Assembly: GCF_006345805.1 (NCBI RefSeq)
Contig: NC_043001.1
Coordinates: 102,300,001 to 102,364,000 of the forward strand
Direction of reading: 5' to 3'
Length of the DNA stretch: 64,000 bases
Source of the DNA: Octopus sinensis
Taxonomy: Eukaryota
Part shown: one piece after another, positions 11,772 through 23,284 of the stretch
Layout: each line of letters starts with the position of its first letter
How positions within the stretch are numbered: position 1 is the first letter of the stretch
Made by a program: the position numbers and the translations under genes
The notes under the pieces: model-generated
What the model was told of the DNA's origin: nothing
The model's database searches: none
What the model saw: only the letters and a program-made list of their open reading frames with translations

Positions 11772-14700
11772 AAGGTAGTGGGTAGCGAACTTCTTCACTA
11801 CTTCTTCAGGGAGTGACGACTCTGCCTGACACGAGTTCCGGGCTCAGCTGGCTCCGGCTGACAGTACCCGGTATGGGGCCCTATCCAGGGTTACGGAAAG
11901 GAGGCAACCTTCAAAGAAATCCGGAGTGGAGCCACGAAGGTGGTCTAGTGTTCGACTCGACACTCTTCCGGCAGCTCCTGCAACCAAGCTGGTGCCAAAC
12001 GTAATGCACTGCACTCCTTTGGACTACATCAGCAAGGTCGAGAGAGGAAACCTGACGATTGGGCTACCCAGGACTTTCTTATCTATAGCCCAGGCCTGCG
12101 CAAAACTGGAGAGGACACTTCAGTGCTGCTGTAAAAAGCTGCAGAAACAACACGGGAGGTAACAGTCACGAGTGATAAGTCCATTCAGATTGGTGTAAAA
12201 TATGGGTGCTACGGGTTACCTCTGACGGTGGGAGGGACCTCCGTGTCCTATTGGTTAGCTACTGCCCACCTCAAGCTGGGCAGCCCCCAGTTAATAAGGT
12301 GCTGACCCACCACAGGCCGCCTGCTCCATTGGGTGCTTGGAGCTAAGAGTATGACTTGAAAAGTGGCCTGCAACCCCTGCACCAGGCAAACAACTAAAAG
12401 TCAAGAAAACACCAGTTCTGCGGTTGGCAAGCTGGAATATCAGGACCATGTGTGCCGGAATATCTAATGATCTACTCAGGATTGAAGACACAAGGAAAAC
12501 GGCCATCATTGACTGTGAACTAAAGAGGCTCAACATAGATATTGCTGGGCTGCAGGAGACAAGACTTCCCTCAAACAGCAAACTCAAAGAGCAGGATTTC
12601 ACCTTCTTTTGGCAGGGAAGCGATCCAGAAGAACCTCGTCAACATGGCGTTGGCTTTGCAGTGAGAAACTCACTATTCTCCTCAATAGATCCACCATCCT
12701 CTCACTGCGCCTCTCGACTTCTTCTGGCTCAGTACATCTACTCAGCATCTATGCTCCCACTCTCTACAGCTCAGAGGAGACCAAGGACCAGTTCTACAAA
12801 GATCTCAACTGTGTCATAGAAAATATACCAACGACTGAAAATATCTACCTTCTAGGGGATTTTAACGCTCGCGTGGGATCTGACCATGATTCGTGGCCCA
12901 TTTGTGTTGGACACTTTGGTATTGGCAACATGAATGACAATGGTCAGAGACTACTCGAATTCTGCACATACCACAACCCGTGCATTACAAACACATTCTT
13001 TACCAACAAGCCATCCCACAAGGCATCCTGGAGACATCCAAGATCTCACCACTGGCATCAGCTGGATCTCATCATTACACGGAGATCCTTTCTGAATTCT
13101 ACTCTATTGACCCGCAGTTACCACAGCGCGGATTGTGACACAGACCACTCACTAATTAGAAGTAGGGTGAGGATTCTGCCTAAAAAAGTCCATCGCTCCA
13201 AGAAAGTGGGCCGACCACGCATCAACACCGCCAGAACCTCGGACCCTACACTGCGAAAATGTTTTGCTGCTTCTATCAAGGTTGCCCTCAGTAGCTGCCC
13301 AACCTCCTCTGCTGAAAGTAGGTGGAACTATATCAGGGAACCCTTGTATACGATATCAATAGATACTTTTGGCATGAGAGAAAGGCAAAACTCAGATTGG
13401 TTCAATGCTGGGCTCTCAGAACTGGAGCCAGTTATCGAAGCAAAGCGTGCAGCTCTGATGCAATACAAGAGTGACTCTTCTACAAAGTCACTCGAAGAAC
13501 TCAGAAAGGCACGAAATAAAACTCAACTGACAGCCAGACGCTGTGCAAATAGGTATTGGCAGGAAATCTGTCAGAGTATCCAGTCAGCTGCTGTCAGGGG
13601 CGACACCTGTGGGATGTATGCCGGTTTGAAGAAGGCCCTCGGTTCATCCGCAACCAAGTCAGCCCCTCTGAAATCAACTACTGGAGATCTCATCAGGGAT
13701 CAAGGCAAGCAAATGGATAGATGGGTGGAGCACTACCAGGATCTCTACTCACGGGAGACTACAGTGGCTGAGGCTGCAGTCGAGAGTGTCAAGATCTTGC
13801 CAGTCATGTGCGAACTTGACAGTCCGCCATCTATAGCAGAGCTCACCAAGGCTGTTGACTTCCTAGCAAGAAATAAGGCTCCGGGAAAAGACGGCATCCC
13901 CTCAGAGATCATCAAAGCTGGCAAAAACACCATCCTGCTTCGGCACCTTCATGAGCTTCTGTGTCAGTGCTGGGAAGAGGGTACAGTCCCTCAGGATATG
14001 CGGGATGCTAACATCATTACGCTTTACAAAAACAAAGGTGACCGTGGTGATTGTAACAATTACCATGGAAAGACCTTTGCCCGTGTTATCCTGGCCAGGC
14101 TACAACTACTTGCTTCTCGAATCTATCCGGAATTGCAGTGTGGCTTTAGAAGAAGCAGATCAACTATCGATATGATATTCTCCATACGCCAACTTCAGGA
14201 GAAGTCCAGAGAGCAGAAAATGCCATTATATATGGCCTTCATTGATCTAACAAAGGCTTTTGACTCGGTAAGCAGAACAGGCCTGTTCATCCTGCTCCAA
14301 AAAATCGGATGTCCACCAAAGCTGCTGAGGATCATCAAGTCTTTCCATGATGACATGCAGGGCACCATACAGCACGACGGCTCAACATCAGCCGCCTTCC
14401 AAATAAAAAAAGGGGTAAAGCAAGGTTGTGTCCTCGCTCCTACATTGTTTGGCATCTTCTTCTCGCTCTTACTTTCACATGCCTTTCAGACATCAGATGA
14501 TGGAGTGTTTCTGCACAGTAGAAGTGACGGGAAACTGTTCAATCTCTTGCGCCTGCGTGCCAAGACCAAAATCAGAAACGTCCTGATCAAGGAGATGTTA
14601 TTTGCTGATGATGCTGCTATGGTATCACACACAGAAGAAGCCCTCCAAAGGCTCATTAACTGTTTTGAGCAAGCATGTAACGACTTTGGCTTAGCTATCA

Positions 14701-15612
14701 GCCTTAAGAAGACCAACATCATGGGTCAGGCTACATCGGACATCCCAAACATACATATTGGAGACCACAGATTAGAAGAGGTGGAGAAGTTTACCTATCT
14801 GGGCTCTACCATCACCTACAACCTATCCCTTGACGCTGAGCTCAATATACACATTGGCAAAGCAGCTGCTGCGATGGCCCAACTCTCCAAACGGGCTTGG
14901 GACAGCAAGAAGCTGACCAAGACCACGAAAATGAAGATCTACCAGGCATGTGTACTCAGCACTCTACTGTATAGAAGTGAGACTTGGACGCTATACACAC
15001 GCCAAGAGCGTCGCCTAAACATCTTTCACCTGCGCTGCTTCTGAAAAATCCTCCGCATCAAATGGCAGAATCATATCTCCAACAAAGATGTCCTCAGGCA
15101 AGCAGGAATACCAAGCATGTTTGCACTCCTCACACAAAGACGTATCAGATGGCTTGGGCATGTTAGCCGTATGAAAGATGGCAGAATCCCCAAGGACATA
15201 CTCTACGGAGAGCTTGCTAGGGGTACTAGGTCTGTGGGTAGACCGATCTTACGTTACAAGGATGTTTGCAAAAGGGACATGAAGGCCTGCAACATCAATA
15301 TTAGCGGTTGGGAGGCAGCTGCCGGCAACCGTGGAGAATGGCGACGTACCGTAAAAGAGGGAATACAAAGGAGTGACAGAGAGAGCGAGGAGAAATGGAA
15401 AGAAAAGAAGAGACGTCAACAAGAAACTATGGCATTACAACCAGCCAGGAACAGTCTTCGCTACATTTGCGGTACCTGCCAGAGGGAGTGTTTGTCCAGG
15501 ATAGGACTACACAGCCACAGCAGGAAATGTATCAGGACATGAAATGTAAAAGCCGGACTAGACTACTTTATGCGCAACTCCATTGTCTCCCGAGACAAAA
15601 ATGATGCCAACC
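11772..15612 (+). mobile_element. Full-length RTE-clade non-LTR retrotransposon (inactivated copy) with 19-bp TSD
   Basis: TSD aaggttggttttgcctaaa (11753-11771) / aaggttggttttacataaa (15613-15631), 17/19 identical. It has a ~590-nt 5' UTR, a single EN-RT ORF, and a short 3' UTR with a ttgtct-cccg-agacaa stem-loop (15583-15598) ending in gatgccaacc. It is visibly GC-richer than its flanks. Confidence 0.95.
12361..15542 (+). pseudogene. Disrupted RTE ORF: APE endonuclease + reverse transcriptase + C-terminal Zn-finger-like motif
   Basis: EN motifs SWNIRT, GLQETR, SIYAPT, LGDFNAR, TNTFF, QLDLII, DTDHSL; RT motifs DLTKAFDSV, QGCVLAPTLF, LFADD, YLGS; C-terminal CGTCQRECLSRIGLHSHSRKC. Lesions: a frameshifting deletion near 12696, an apparent in-frame deletion near 14066 (CNNYHGKTF where RTEs usually have CNNYRGISLLSIxGKxF), and an in-frame TGA at 15042-15044 after which the same frame continues to 15542. 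Confidence 0.93.
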
Positions 15613-15769
15613 AAGGTTGGTTTTACATAAATGTTGTTATTTTGATAAGTTATATGTCAACAACGTTTTAGTTTCTCTTGGACTCTAAGTTTTTTTTTTT
15701 TTGCTTACTCTTTGTCTTTGGGTTTTACGCATACGAAATTATGCATATTGAAATCGAAATTGAACCACA

Positions 15770-16208
15770 TTCGATGACTGGCACCCATGCCAGTGGAGCA
15801 CTAACAGCTCCATCCAAGCGGGATCACTGCCAGAGCAGCTGTCTGGCACCATTTGAGCACGATCGTTGTCAGCATCGCCTCTCTGGCACTTCTGCTGGTG
15901 GCACGTGAACAAAGCATTCGAGCAAGGTCGTTGCCAGTGCTGCTGGACTGACTCCTGTGCAGGTGGCACATAAAAAACACCATTTTCGAGCGTGGCTGTT
16001 GCCAGTACAGCCAGACTGGCCCTTGTGCCGGTGGCACTTTAAAAGCACCCACTACACTCTTGGAGTGGTTGGTGTTAGGAAGGGCATCCAGCTGTAGAAA
16101 CTCTGCCAGATCAGATCGGAGCCTGGTGCAGCCATCTGGTTCACCAGTCCTCAGTCAAATCGTCCAACCCACGCTAGCATGGAAAGCGGATGTTAAACGA
16201 TGATGATG
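15770..16208 (+). mobile_element. RTE-tail element with ~65-nt internal tandem array and (GAT)n tail
   Basis: Repeated gtgccggtggcac...aaaagcacc units, then cactacactct...aggaagggcatccagctgtagaaac...ttaaacgatgatgatg. Confidence 0.85.
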
Positions 16209-16491
16209 TAGATGCTCTCAGCTCACCTGATCAAAGTATTAACCGAGTGGATTGGATGACCTACACACAGGCATCGATTGATACATCTTTTATTTTCTAC
16301 TTGCTTCGGTCATTAGACAGTGGTCATGCTGGAGCACCATCTTGAAGAATTTTTAGTCAAATGAATCAACCCAGTACTTATCTTTGTCTTTAAGACTGTT
16401 AATTATTTTATCAGTCTCTTTTGGTGAACTGCCAAGTTACAGGGATTTAAACACACCAACACCAATTGTCTTGTGGTAGTAGGGACAAACA

Positions 16492-16533
<42 letters not shown>

Positions 16534-17099
16534 CATACTCAAAATAAGAAACAAGTATATCCAAGGTAGAGTAGTACAATTGTTTCATGCTACTTCATTT
16601 TAGTAAACACTGTAAGTATTACATCAGTTTTAAAATGTCGAGCAACCTTCAGCCACTTATAGAATTTTCCAATCAAACGGACAATGCACATTCTTATCCC
16701 TATTTCATTTGCCAACATTACAAAGAGGGTAGATATATAGACAGAGAGGTTGATTTCATTCTAAAGTACCATATTCATCTGAATCTATATAAGCTGAACT
16801 GCTTTCAGTTTTCATCTACCAAATCCACTTGCCCATGATGCCATGCAGCAGGGCTGAACTCAGAATGGTGTAGTTGGGAAACAAGCTTCTTACCACACAG
16901 CTACACTTGCACCTGTAGAAAAATCTCAGCTAAAGATATTCAGTGCAGTGACTACAATAATGAAGTGTTACTGATTAAATGAAATATATTAAATTAGGGA
17001 GGTACCACAAGAAAGGTACTTGGTAATGAACAACCCAAGTTACTTAGTTAGCATCTCTAGTTTATTAATTTTGTGAGAGAATAATTCAAAACCTGTGCA

Positions 17100-17460
17100 G
17101 TTTTCAATTTATTAATTCAATGAAAATACTGAGAAGATTCACATGACTGGTGCAGAACCTCCGAGATTGGTGGGAAATATAAGCTGCTGATGATTGAAGT
17201 TCTGTAAATAAATAGCTGTTGGAAAAGGGTGAGCGGGGAGGGTATTCTGAAGGGTTGCAGATCTGAGAAGGATTAGAAAAATACTTTAGTGGAGGACGAT
17301 GGCATAGAAGTGAAGCAGAGAAGGGCAATGATAAGAAGTGAGAGGTGTTTGGCTTGTCCGAGTTGGGGGTTAATAAGTGCAGATGAGGAAAGTTTGTTGT
17401 GGTAGTAAAGGAAGAGATGTAGAGAATGTGAAACCTGGCCTTTGTATCAAATCTGAGGGC
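17100..17460 (-). mobile_element. Decayed CR1-like LINE 3' fragment
   Basis: The minus strand resembles the SLFYRYYH...SFFPRT...WNSLP C-terminal region of CR1/Zenon-type ORF2; heavily mutated. Confidence 0.45.
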
Positions 17461-17639
17461 TTTGGGTAAATATTGTTTATAGGTGCAGGAGAGGCAATGT
17501 GGTAAGTAGTTTGCTTCCCAAAAGGGTCCAGATTCAACCTCACTGTATGGAACCTAAGGCAGTTTGCCTTCTACCAAAGCCATACAAATGGTAAACAGAA
17601 ACTGAAAGAAGCCCATCATATATATATATATATATATGA

Positions 17640-17980
17640 AGGCGCATGGCTCAGTGGTTAGAGCGTCGAGCTTACGATCGCGACTTTGTGAGCTCGAATC
17701 CCGGTCCAGGCTGCGTGTTGTGTTCTTGAGCAAAGCACTTTATTTTCACGTTGCTCCAGTTCACTCAGCTGTAGAAATGAGTTGCGACGTCACAGGTGCC
17801 AAGCTGTATCGACCTTTGTCTTTCCCTTGGATAACACTGGTGGCGTGGAGAGGGGAGGCTGGTATGCATGGGCGACTGCTGGTCTTCCATAAACAACCTT
17901 GCCCGGACTTGTGTCTAGGAGGGTAACTTTCTAGGTGCAATCCCATGGTCATTCATGACCGAAGGGGGTCTTTACCCTTT
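17640..17980 (+). mobile_element. Full-length tRNA-derived CORE-type SINE inserted in (TA)n
   Basis: A box tggctcagtgg (17647-17657), B-box-like gctcgaatcc (17692-17701), CORE-like gtgttcttgagcaaagcacttt; (TA)n on both sides; CpG-rich. Confidence 0.85.
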
Positions 17981-18089
17981 TATATATATATACATACACA
18001 CACACATACAGAGGTACCAGAGCTGAGGCTTACGCGCTTATGCAGTGTACCTATTGGTTTAGCTCAGCAGTAAACTAAACCCCTCATGT

Positions 18090-18120
<31 letters not shown>

Positions 18121-18362
18121 TGATAGAGTATATATAAATGATAAATGGCATTAGGAAGGCCATCCAGCCACAGAAATCATGCCAAATCAGAATGGAGTCT
18201 GGTGCAGCTCTGGTCAAACTTGTCCAACCCATGCCAGCATGGGCAATGGACATTAAATGATGATGAAGATGATATATGGTTGGAAGACATAGAACACACA
18301 CACACACACACATATATATATATGCTATGTCTCCCAACCACATATATATCATCATCATTATC

Positions 18363-18405
<43 letters not shown>

Positions 18406-18929
18406 TTGATATTAGTTCAAATCAGGTGAGTATGATGTTTTTTTATATGTCTAGATACTCGTGTGGCTAGACATGTAAATTACAAAGCTGTATGTGTGTG
18501 TGTGGTGGGGGGGATAAGTACTTTTCTTTTCCCAGTATTTTTAACAGTCTTATTTTTCTGTGAGCCAGAGAAGAGGGAGCTGTGTGCATGCCATTGTCAT
18601 TTCCACACACCTCCCTATCTTCATCCGCCTCAGACTGGTCTGATTGATGCAACTGAAGACCAGTCTGCAGCCCCACCACCCCAACCATCTGCAGGTCAAG
18701 GCTTGCAGAATTATGGGCTGATAAGATTGTTTTATGTTGGTGAATAGAGACATTTTAAAGCAGGAAGTTATTTAAAAGAAAAGTATAAAAGCCCCGCCGG
18801 ATAGTCTTTAAAATACCTTCCCCCCACACACACACTTTTGGCATGAAACCAAAACAGAGACAATATTAGAAATCATTACTTCAACAATTTAGAAAGATTT
18901 AGTAGGAAAATTTTCCTTAAAAAAAAATC

Positions 18930-19200
18930 ATTTTATGGGGAATTAGAAACAGTGTAAATAAATCTCACAAGTGATTTGGTCTGAGACTGTGTCGAACCTG
19001 AAGCATTTCCTTCAAAGAAGAGCCATTCTAGCCATCTAAAGCATAAAAACCGATAAAACAAACCTGACTCATCCATGATAATAATTACTGTGTTAATAAA
19101 ATCCTTGAGAAGTCTTGTTAATTGAGTTGCAACTTTCATAACCATCATCAGTCTACAAGTAACATTTTGATAAGCTTTCTGTAATATTTCTAGTCACTTA
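18930..19200 (-). pseudogene. Tigger/pogo-like DDE transposase relic
   Basis: ORF track contains IMDESGLFYRFL, matching the N(x)DE(T/S)GLFY(R/K) motif of Tc5/Tigger DDE_1 transposases. Confidence 0.55.
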
Positions 19201-19947
19201 AAAATAATCAATCAAAGACAATTCCAGTAAACCTTTGAAGAAAACTCACTGAATTTAGAATGAAACACAAGAAAAAAACACAAAGTGGAACACAGAAATA
19301 TCCACAATAACAAACTGAAGTTGGTTTCAGATATTTTATGGAACCAGATAAAAGTAAAATCTGATGAAAAGACTCATCACTTGGATGCCATTCAATACAA
19401 TTATGCCATAATTACATAAAGGGGTCTACTGCCATTCCTATTCCTCCAGCAACTTTGAAAGTTTGATCTCCTCTTCCTCCTCCTCCTCCTTTTAAAACCA
19501 CTTATTGGCTTATCAGGACATATCTTTGGCCGTATAACAGAATGTCAATTTAATCTACCGGTGTGATGCAATTAAAATGTGTCCTTGCATTTAATCCTTG
19601 ATGGAATCAAAGATTGACCGAAGATATGAGGAACTATGTCACCTCTGTTCAATTTGATATAAGGGGTTGTGATCAGATCGTTAAACTTGACAGACAAATG
19701 CAAAAGTGGAGTGAGCTACTTTTAATTTGATGTTAAAGCTAAAATCTAAACCACAATTTGTCAACTCAATCATCTTTCTTCAAGCTACACTCCACTACAA
19801 CCCATCAAACCCAGTCATTCTTTCTCTTTGAAAAAGAGACAAGTATTCAAAATGTTCGATTTTCCACTCTTTACAGCAAATTCAATTATTTTTCTTCTAC
19901 AAACATTTACAGAATCATTTCACCAAATGCAGAGCCTTGTCTTTTAC

Positions 19948-20172
19948 CTTTTACTTGTTTGTTTCAGTCATTAGACTGTGGCCATACTGGGGCACCGCAT
20001 TCAAAAATCTTTAGTTGAATGAAACAATTCTGGTACTTTCTTTAGTTTAAAGCCTGGTACCTATTCTATCAGTCTCCTTTAGTGAACTGCTATGTTACAG
20101 GGATGTAAACACACCAACACTGGTTGTCAAGTGGTGGTCATGGGGGGGGGGACTATCACAAACATATGCATT

Positions 20173-20206
<34 letters not shown>

Positions 20207-20371
20207 CACAACAGGCTTTTTACAGTATTTCACTACCAAATCCACTCACAAAGCTTTGGCAGTCTTGAGGCTGTAGAAGAAAAGACTTGCTAAGGTGCAA
20301 TATAGTGGGACTGAACCCAGAACTATGTGGTTGAGAAGCAGGCTTCTTAACACACAGTCATACCTGTGCCT
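19948..20371 (-). mobile_element. Family A composite SINE, full length
   Basis: Both modules are present with a (CA)n linker. Confidence 0.8.
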
Positions 20372-20557
20372 ATATGGTTAGTGTTAGGATATAATTATAT
20401 TTTTTTCTCCTTCTTATTCTGTATTCTATCTGAACAGAGTTGGATAGTCACGTGAAAGATGAAAAACAGTCAAGCAATTTTAAAAAAATTCTCTATATGG
20501 TCTTTTGACCAGCTAGAAATAGCTGCCAAATGCTAATCTTAAAAAAAAAAAAAAAAA

Positions 20558-20925
20558 GACACATGGCTGTGTGGTAAGAAGCTTGCTTCCCAACCACATG
20601 GTTCTGGCTTCAGTCCCTCTGTGTGGCACCTTGATCAAAAGTCTTCTACTATAGCCTCAAGCTGACCAAAGCCTTGTGTGTAGATTTTGTAGATGGAAAC
20701 TGAAAGAAGCCTGTCGTATATATTTCTGTGAGTGTCTGTGCTTGCCCCCCTCCCCATCACATGACAACCATTGTTGGTGTGTTTATGTCGCTGTAACTTA
20801 GCAGTTCGGCAAAGGAGACCGATAGAATAAGTAATAGGCTTACAAAGAATAAGTCCTGGGGTTGATTTGTTTGATTAAAGGCAGTGCTCCAGCATGGCTG
20901 CAGCCAAATGACAGAAACAAGTAAA
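20558..20925 (+). mobile_element. Family A composite SINE, full length
   Basis: gctgtgtggtaagaagcttgcttcccaaccacatgg...ccagcatggctgcagccaaatgacagaaac. Confidence 0.85.
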
Positions 20926-22139
20926 TGACTAAATGATTGAATAAATAGAGCATAACAGAAAAAAGACATGATGGTCATATCTGGAACACCTTTGATAATA
21001 AGGCTGCTTGATATGAGCTGATGTAGAACCAAATGACAACAAAACCCACTAATTAATCAGACTCGATAGGAAGTAATAAAAACACCACAGTGTACAGTCA
21101 TAAGACAATCATAAGAGTACAATCATAAGAACGCGTCTTTTTAATCCTTTAAATTTTAACCAATGGTGTGTATCTATAAACCTTTTCAAAAGCACACTTC
21201 ACTTTTCTTACCAGGTTCTTTCCAGATTGAAGAAAGAAAAAAGAAAACCAAAAACACAAAACAAAACCACAGCTGATAGAGACACAAATGCAGAAACATT
21301 GATTTACAGAGATCTAGAAAAGATTGGTTTACTCTCATAATGTATATCACCAGAGAATCATGAAAAATATTTCCCAGTAGGAAGGAAATATACTTAAATC
21401 TGTGATTAATCTATCAATCATATTTCTTTGGACACTGCATTCACACCTCTGTCACTGTACCACTTCTCCAAACACATAAGAAATATCACTAACACATTGA
21501 GCAGGTACTCCTCCTCTTCAACAGCAACTGTTGCTGCTGCTACTACTTTCAGTCCCACCCCAATGATAACTAACAAAACTATTGATTTCTATCATAAGAA
21601 GAAGGTCACACATTTTGGCAGAGGTAAGAATGGACTACACTGAACCTGGCAGCTGACTGGTACTTATTTTCTTGGGTACAAAGATAAATGGCTGAGTAGA
21701 TTCAATGAAATTCCAAATTGGAATATGAAGTAGAGAGAGAGACGACTACTAAATAGCAGAATGCATTTTTCTGTCCTACATTCTATTAATTCTTGCTAAT
21801 CCACCCCATTTACAAGTAAGAAGAATTCTGAAAGTACAAGTATGTGTGTGTGTGTGTGTATGAAGTTCCATAACATAAAATCAGAAGTGAGTAATTTTGC
21901 TTACAATTTTTGTTTAACTTTTTGAATGTAAACTATGGAAGAAAGTGAAAATATTTTTTCCCAATGTGTAAACCAGGTTATATACACCGTATGTGTAGGA
22001 ATTAGATTTTTAAAAAAATTGTTAGTCTGTCTGTCTCTCTTTCTCTCTCTCTCACACACACACACACACTCATATCTTTCATTCCGCATACACATATACA
22101 TACAGGAGTTGGACAAAATAATGGAAATACCTTAACATT

Positions 22140-22275
22140 TCAAACAAATTTATGTTAATATGGGGTAGGACTGCTTTTGGCAGTAATTACAGCTTGAATT
22201 CTACAAGGTATGGACTCGTACAAAGTTTGAATAGTTTCCAAAGGAATTCTTGTCCATTGTTAAGTTCTTGTAGTA
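22140..22275 (-). pseudogene. Tc1-family transposase C-terminal relic
   Basis: Minus strand decodes, with lesions, to LQE.W..IPLETIQTLYESIP.RIQAVITAKSSPTPY*, the typical Tc1 C-terminus. Confidence 0.7.
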
Positions 22276-22499
22276 TTACATAAAAAGCACTGAGTTCACT
22301 CTGCAGAGTGGTTGGTGTTAGGAAGGGCATACAGCTGTAAAAACCCTGCCAAAACAGACACAGTAGCCTGGGGTAGTCTTCTACCTGGCTGGCTCCTGTC
22401 AACCGTCCTACCCATGCATGCATGGAAGACAGACATGAAACGATGAATGATGCCAGTTGGAATGGTTCTGGACTTTGGTTTCCCAGCCATTTTGTGTCT

Positions 22500-23050
22500 C
22501 AATTCTAACCATTTTAAAGGTTGAATTTAGCTGATCTTTGTTAACAGTGGAAAAGATATTCTCATGTCTTTTTTTTTCTGATGGTTAATTTACTCATGAG
22601 TATTTGACAAGGAAATCTCTCTTTTTTCATTGTCTTCCTAACCATCACCACAAGTATTTCACTGTGGTTGAATTTCTAGAATAAAGCTCAAAAGCATAGC
22701 ACTGCTTTAATATTCTCAAGAGAAACATTAAGTTTTCCAATATCATCCTCTAGGCATCACAAAACTGTCTACCTTTTTTGTGCATCAACTTCAAAATAAT
22801 TAGCATTTAAAAATTCACCAACAACTGACTTTAAGATTTGTCTATCATAACTCACACAGGCCATGAGAATATTTGAATTACTAAATATTGACTCATCAAC
22901 TTGGACTGAAAACTTGCAATGTTGAAGTGCAGACCCCAGACTTTTCTCCACTTCAATGGCCATTTTGTCAATGCATCTGCTCACTGTCCTTACACTTAAA
23001 TTTATACATTTTAACAGTCTGAAAGTTTTTCTTCATAACAGTTTCAGTTA
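22500..23050 (-). pseudogene. hAT (Charlie/ZBED5-like) transposase relic
   Basis: ORF SRCIDKMAIEVEKSL...KFSVQVDESIF...NILMACVSY...VVGEFL matches the RRIxxMAxxVExxL...FSLQLDES motif of Charlie-type transposases. Confidence 0.7.
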
Positions 23051-23072
23051 CATCTCTAATACTTGCTATAAT

Positions 23073-23284
23073 CTTTTCTATTCTAGGCACAAGGCCCGAA
23101 ATTTTGGGGGAGGGGTCAGTCAATTAGATTGACCCCAGTATGCAACTGGTACTTAATTTATTAACCCCGAAGGGATGAAAGGCAAAGTTGACCTCAGCAG
23201 AATTTGAACTCAGAACATAAAGACAGACGAAATACCGCTAAGCATTTCACCTGGTGTGCTAACACTCCTACCAGCTCACTGCCT
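23073..23284 (-). mobile_element. Family B SINE with 16-bp TSD
   Basis: TSD taatacttgctataat (23057-23072) / taatacttggtataat (23285-23300). Confidence 0.85.

Noticed and set aside
11774-11910. Canonical HDV-like or twister ribozyme at the RTE 5' end
   Set aside because: The P1-like hairpin encloses only 15 nt, too short for P2/P3/L3. The twister-like gactctgcctg lacks the UCCCAAGC-type L4 and partner strands. Kept only as an unclassified structure finding.
15042-15044. Rescue of the RTE premature TGA by A-to-I editing (UGA read as UGG)
   Set aside because: An upstream frameshift and an RT-domain deletion would still inactivate this copy; a CGA-to-TGA mutation is the simpler explanation.
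17641-17712. tRNA gene
   Set aside because: It has A/B boxes but continues into a CORE-like SINE body without a proper acceptor stem or poly-T terminator; it is a SINE head.
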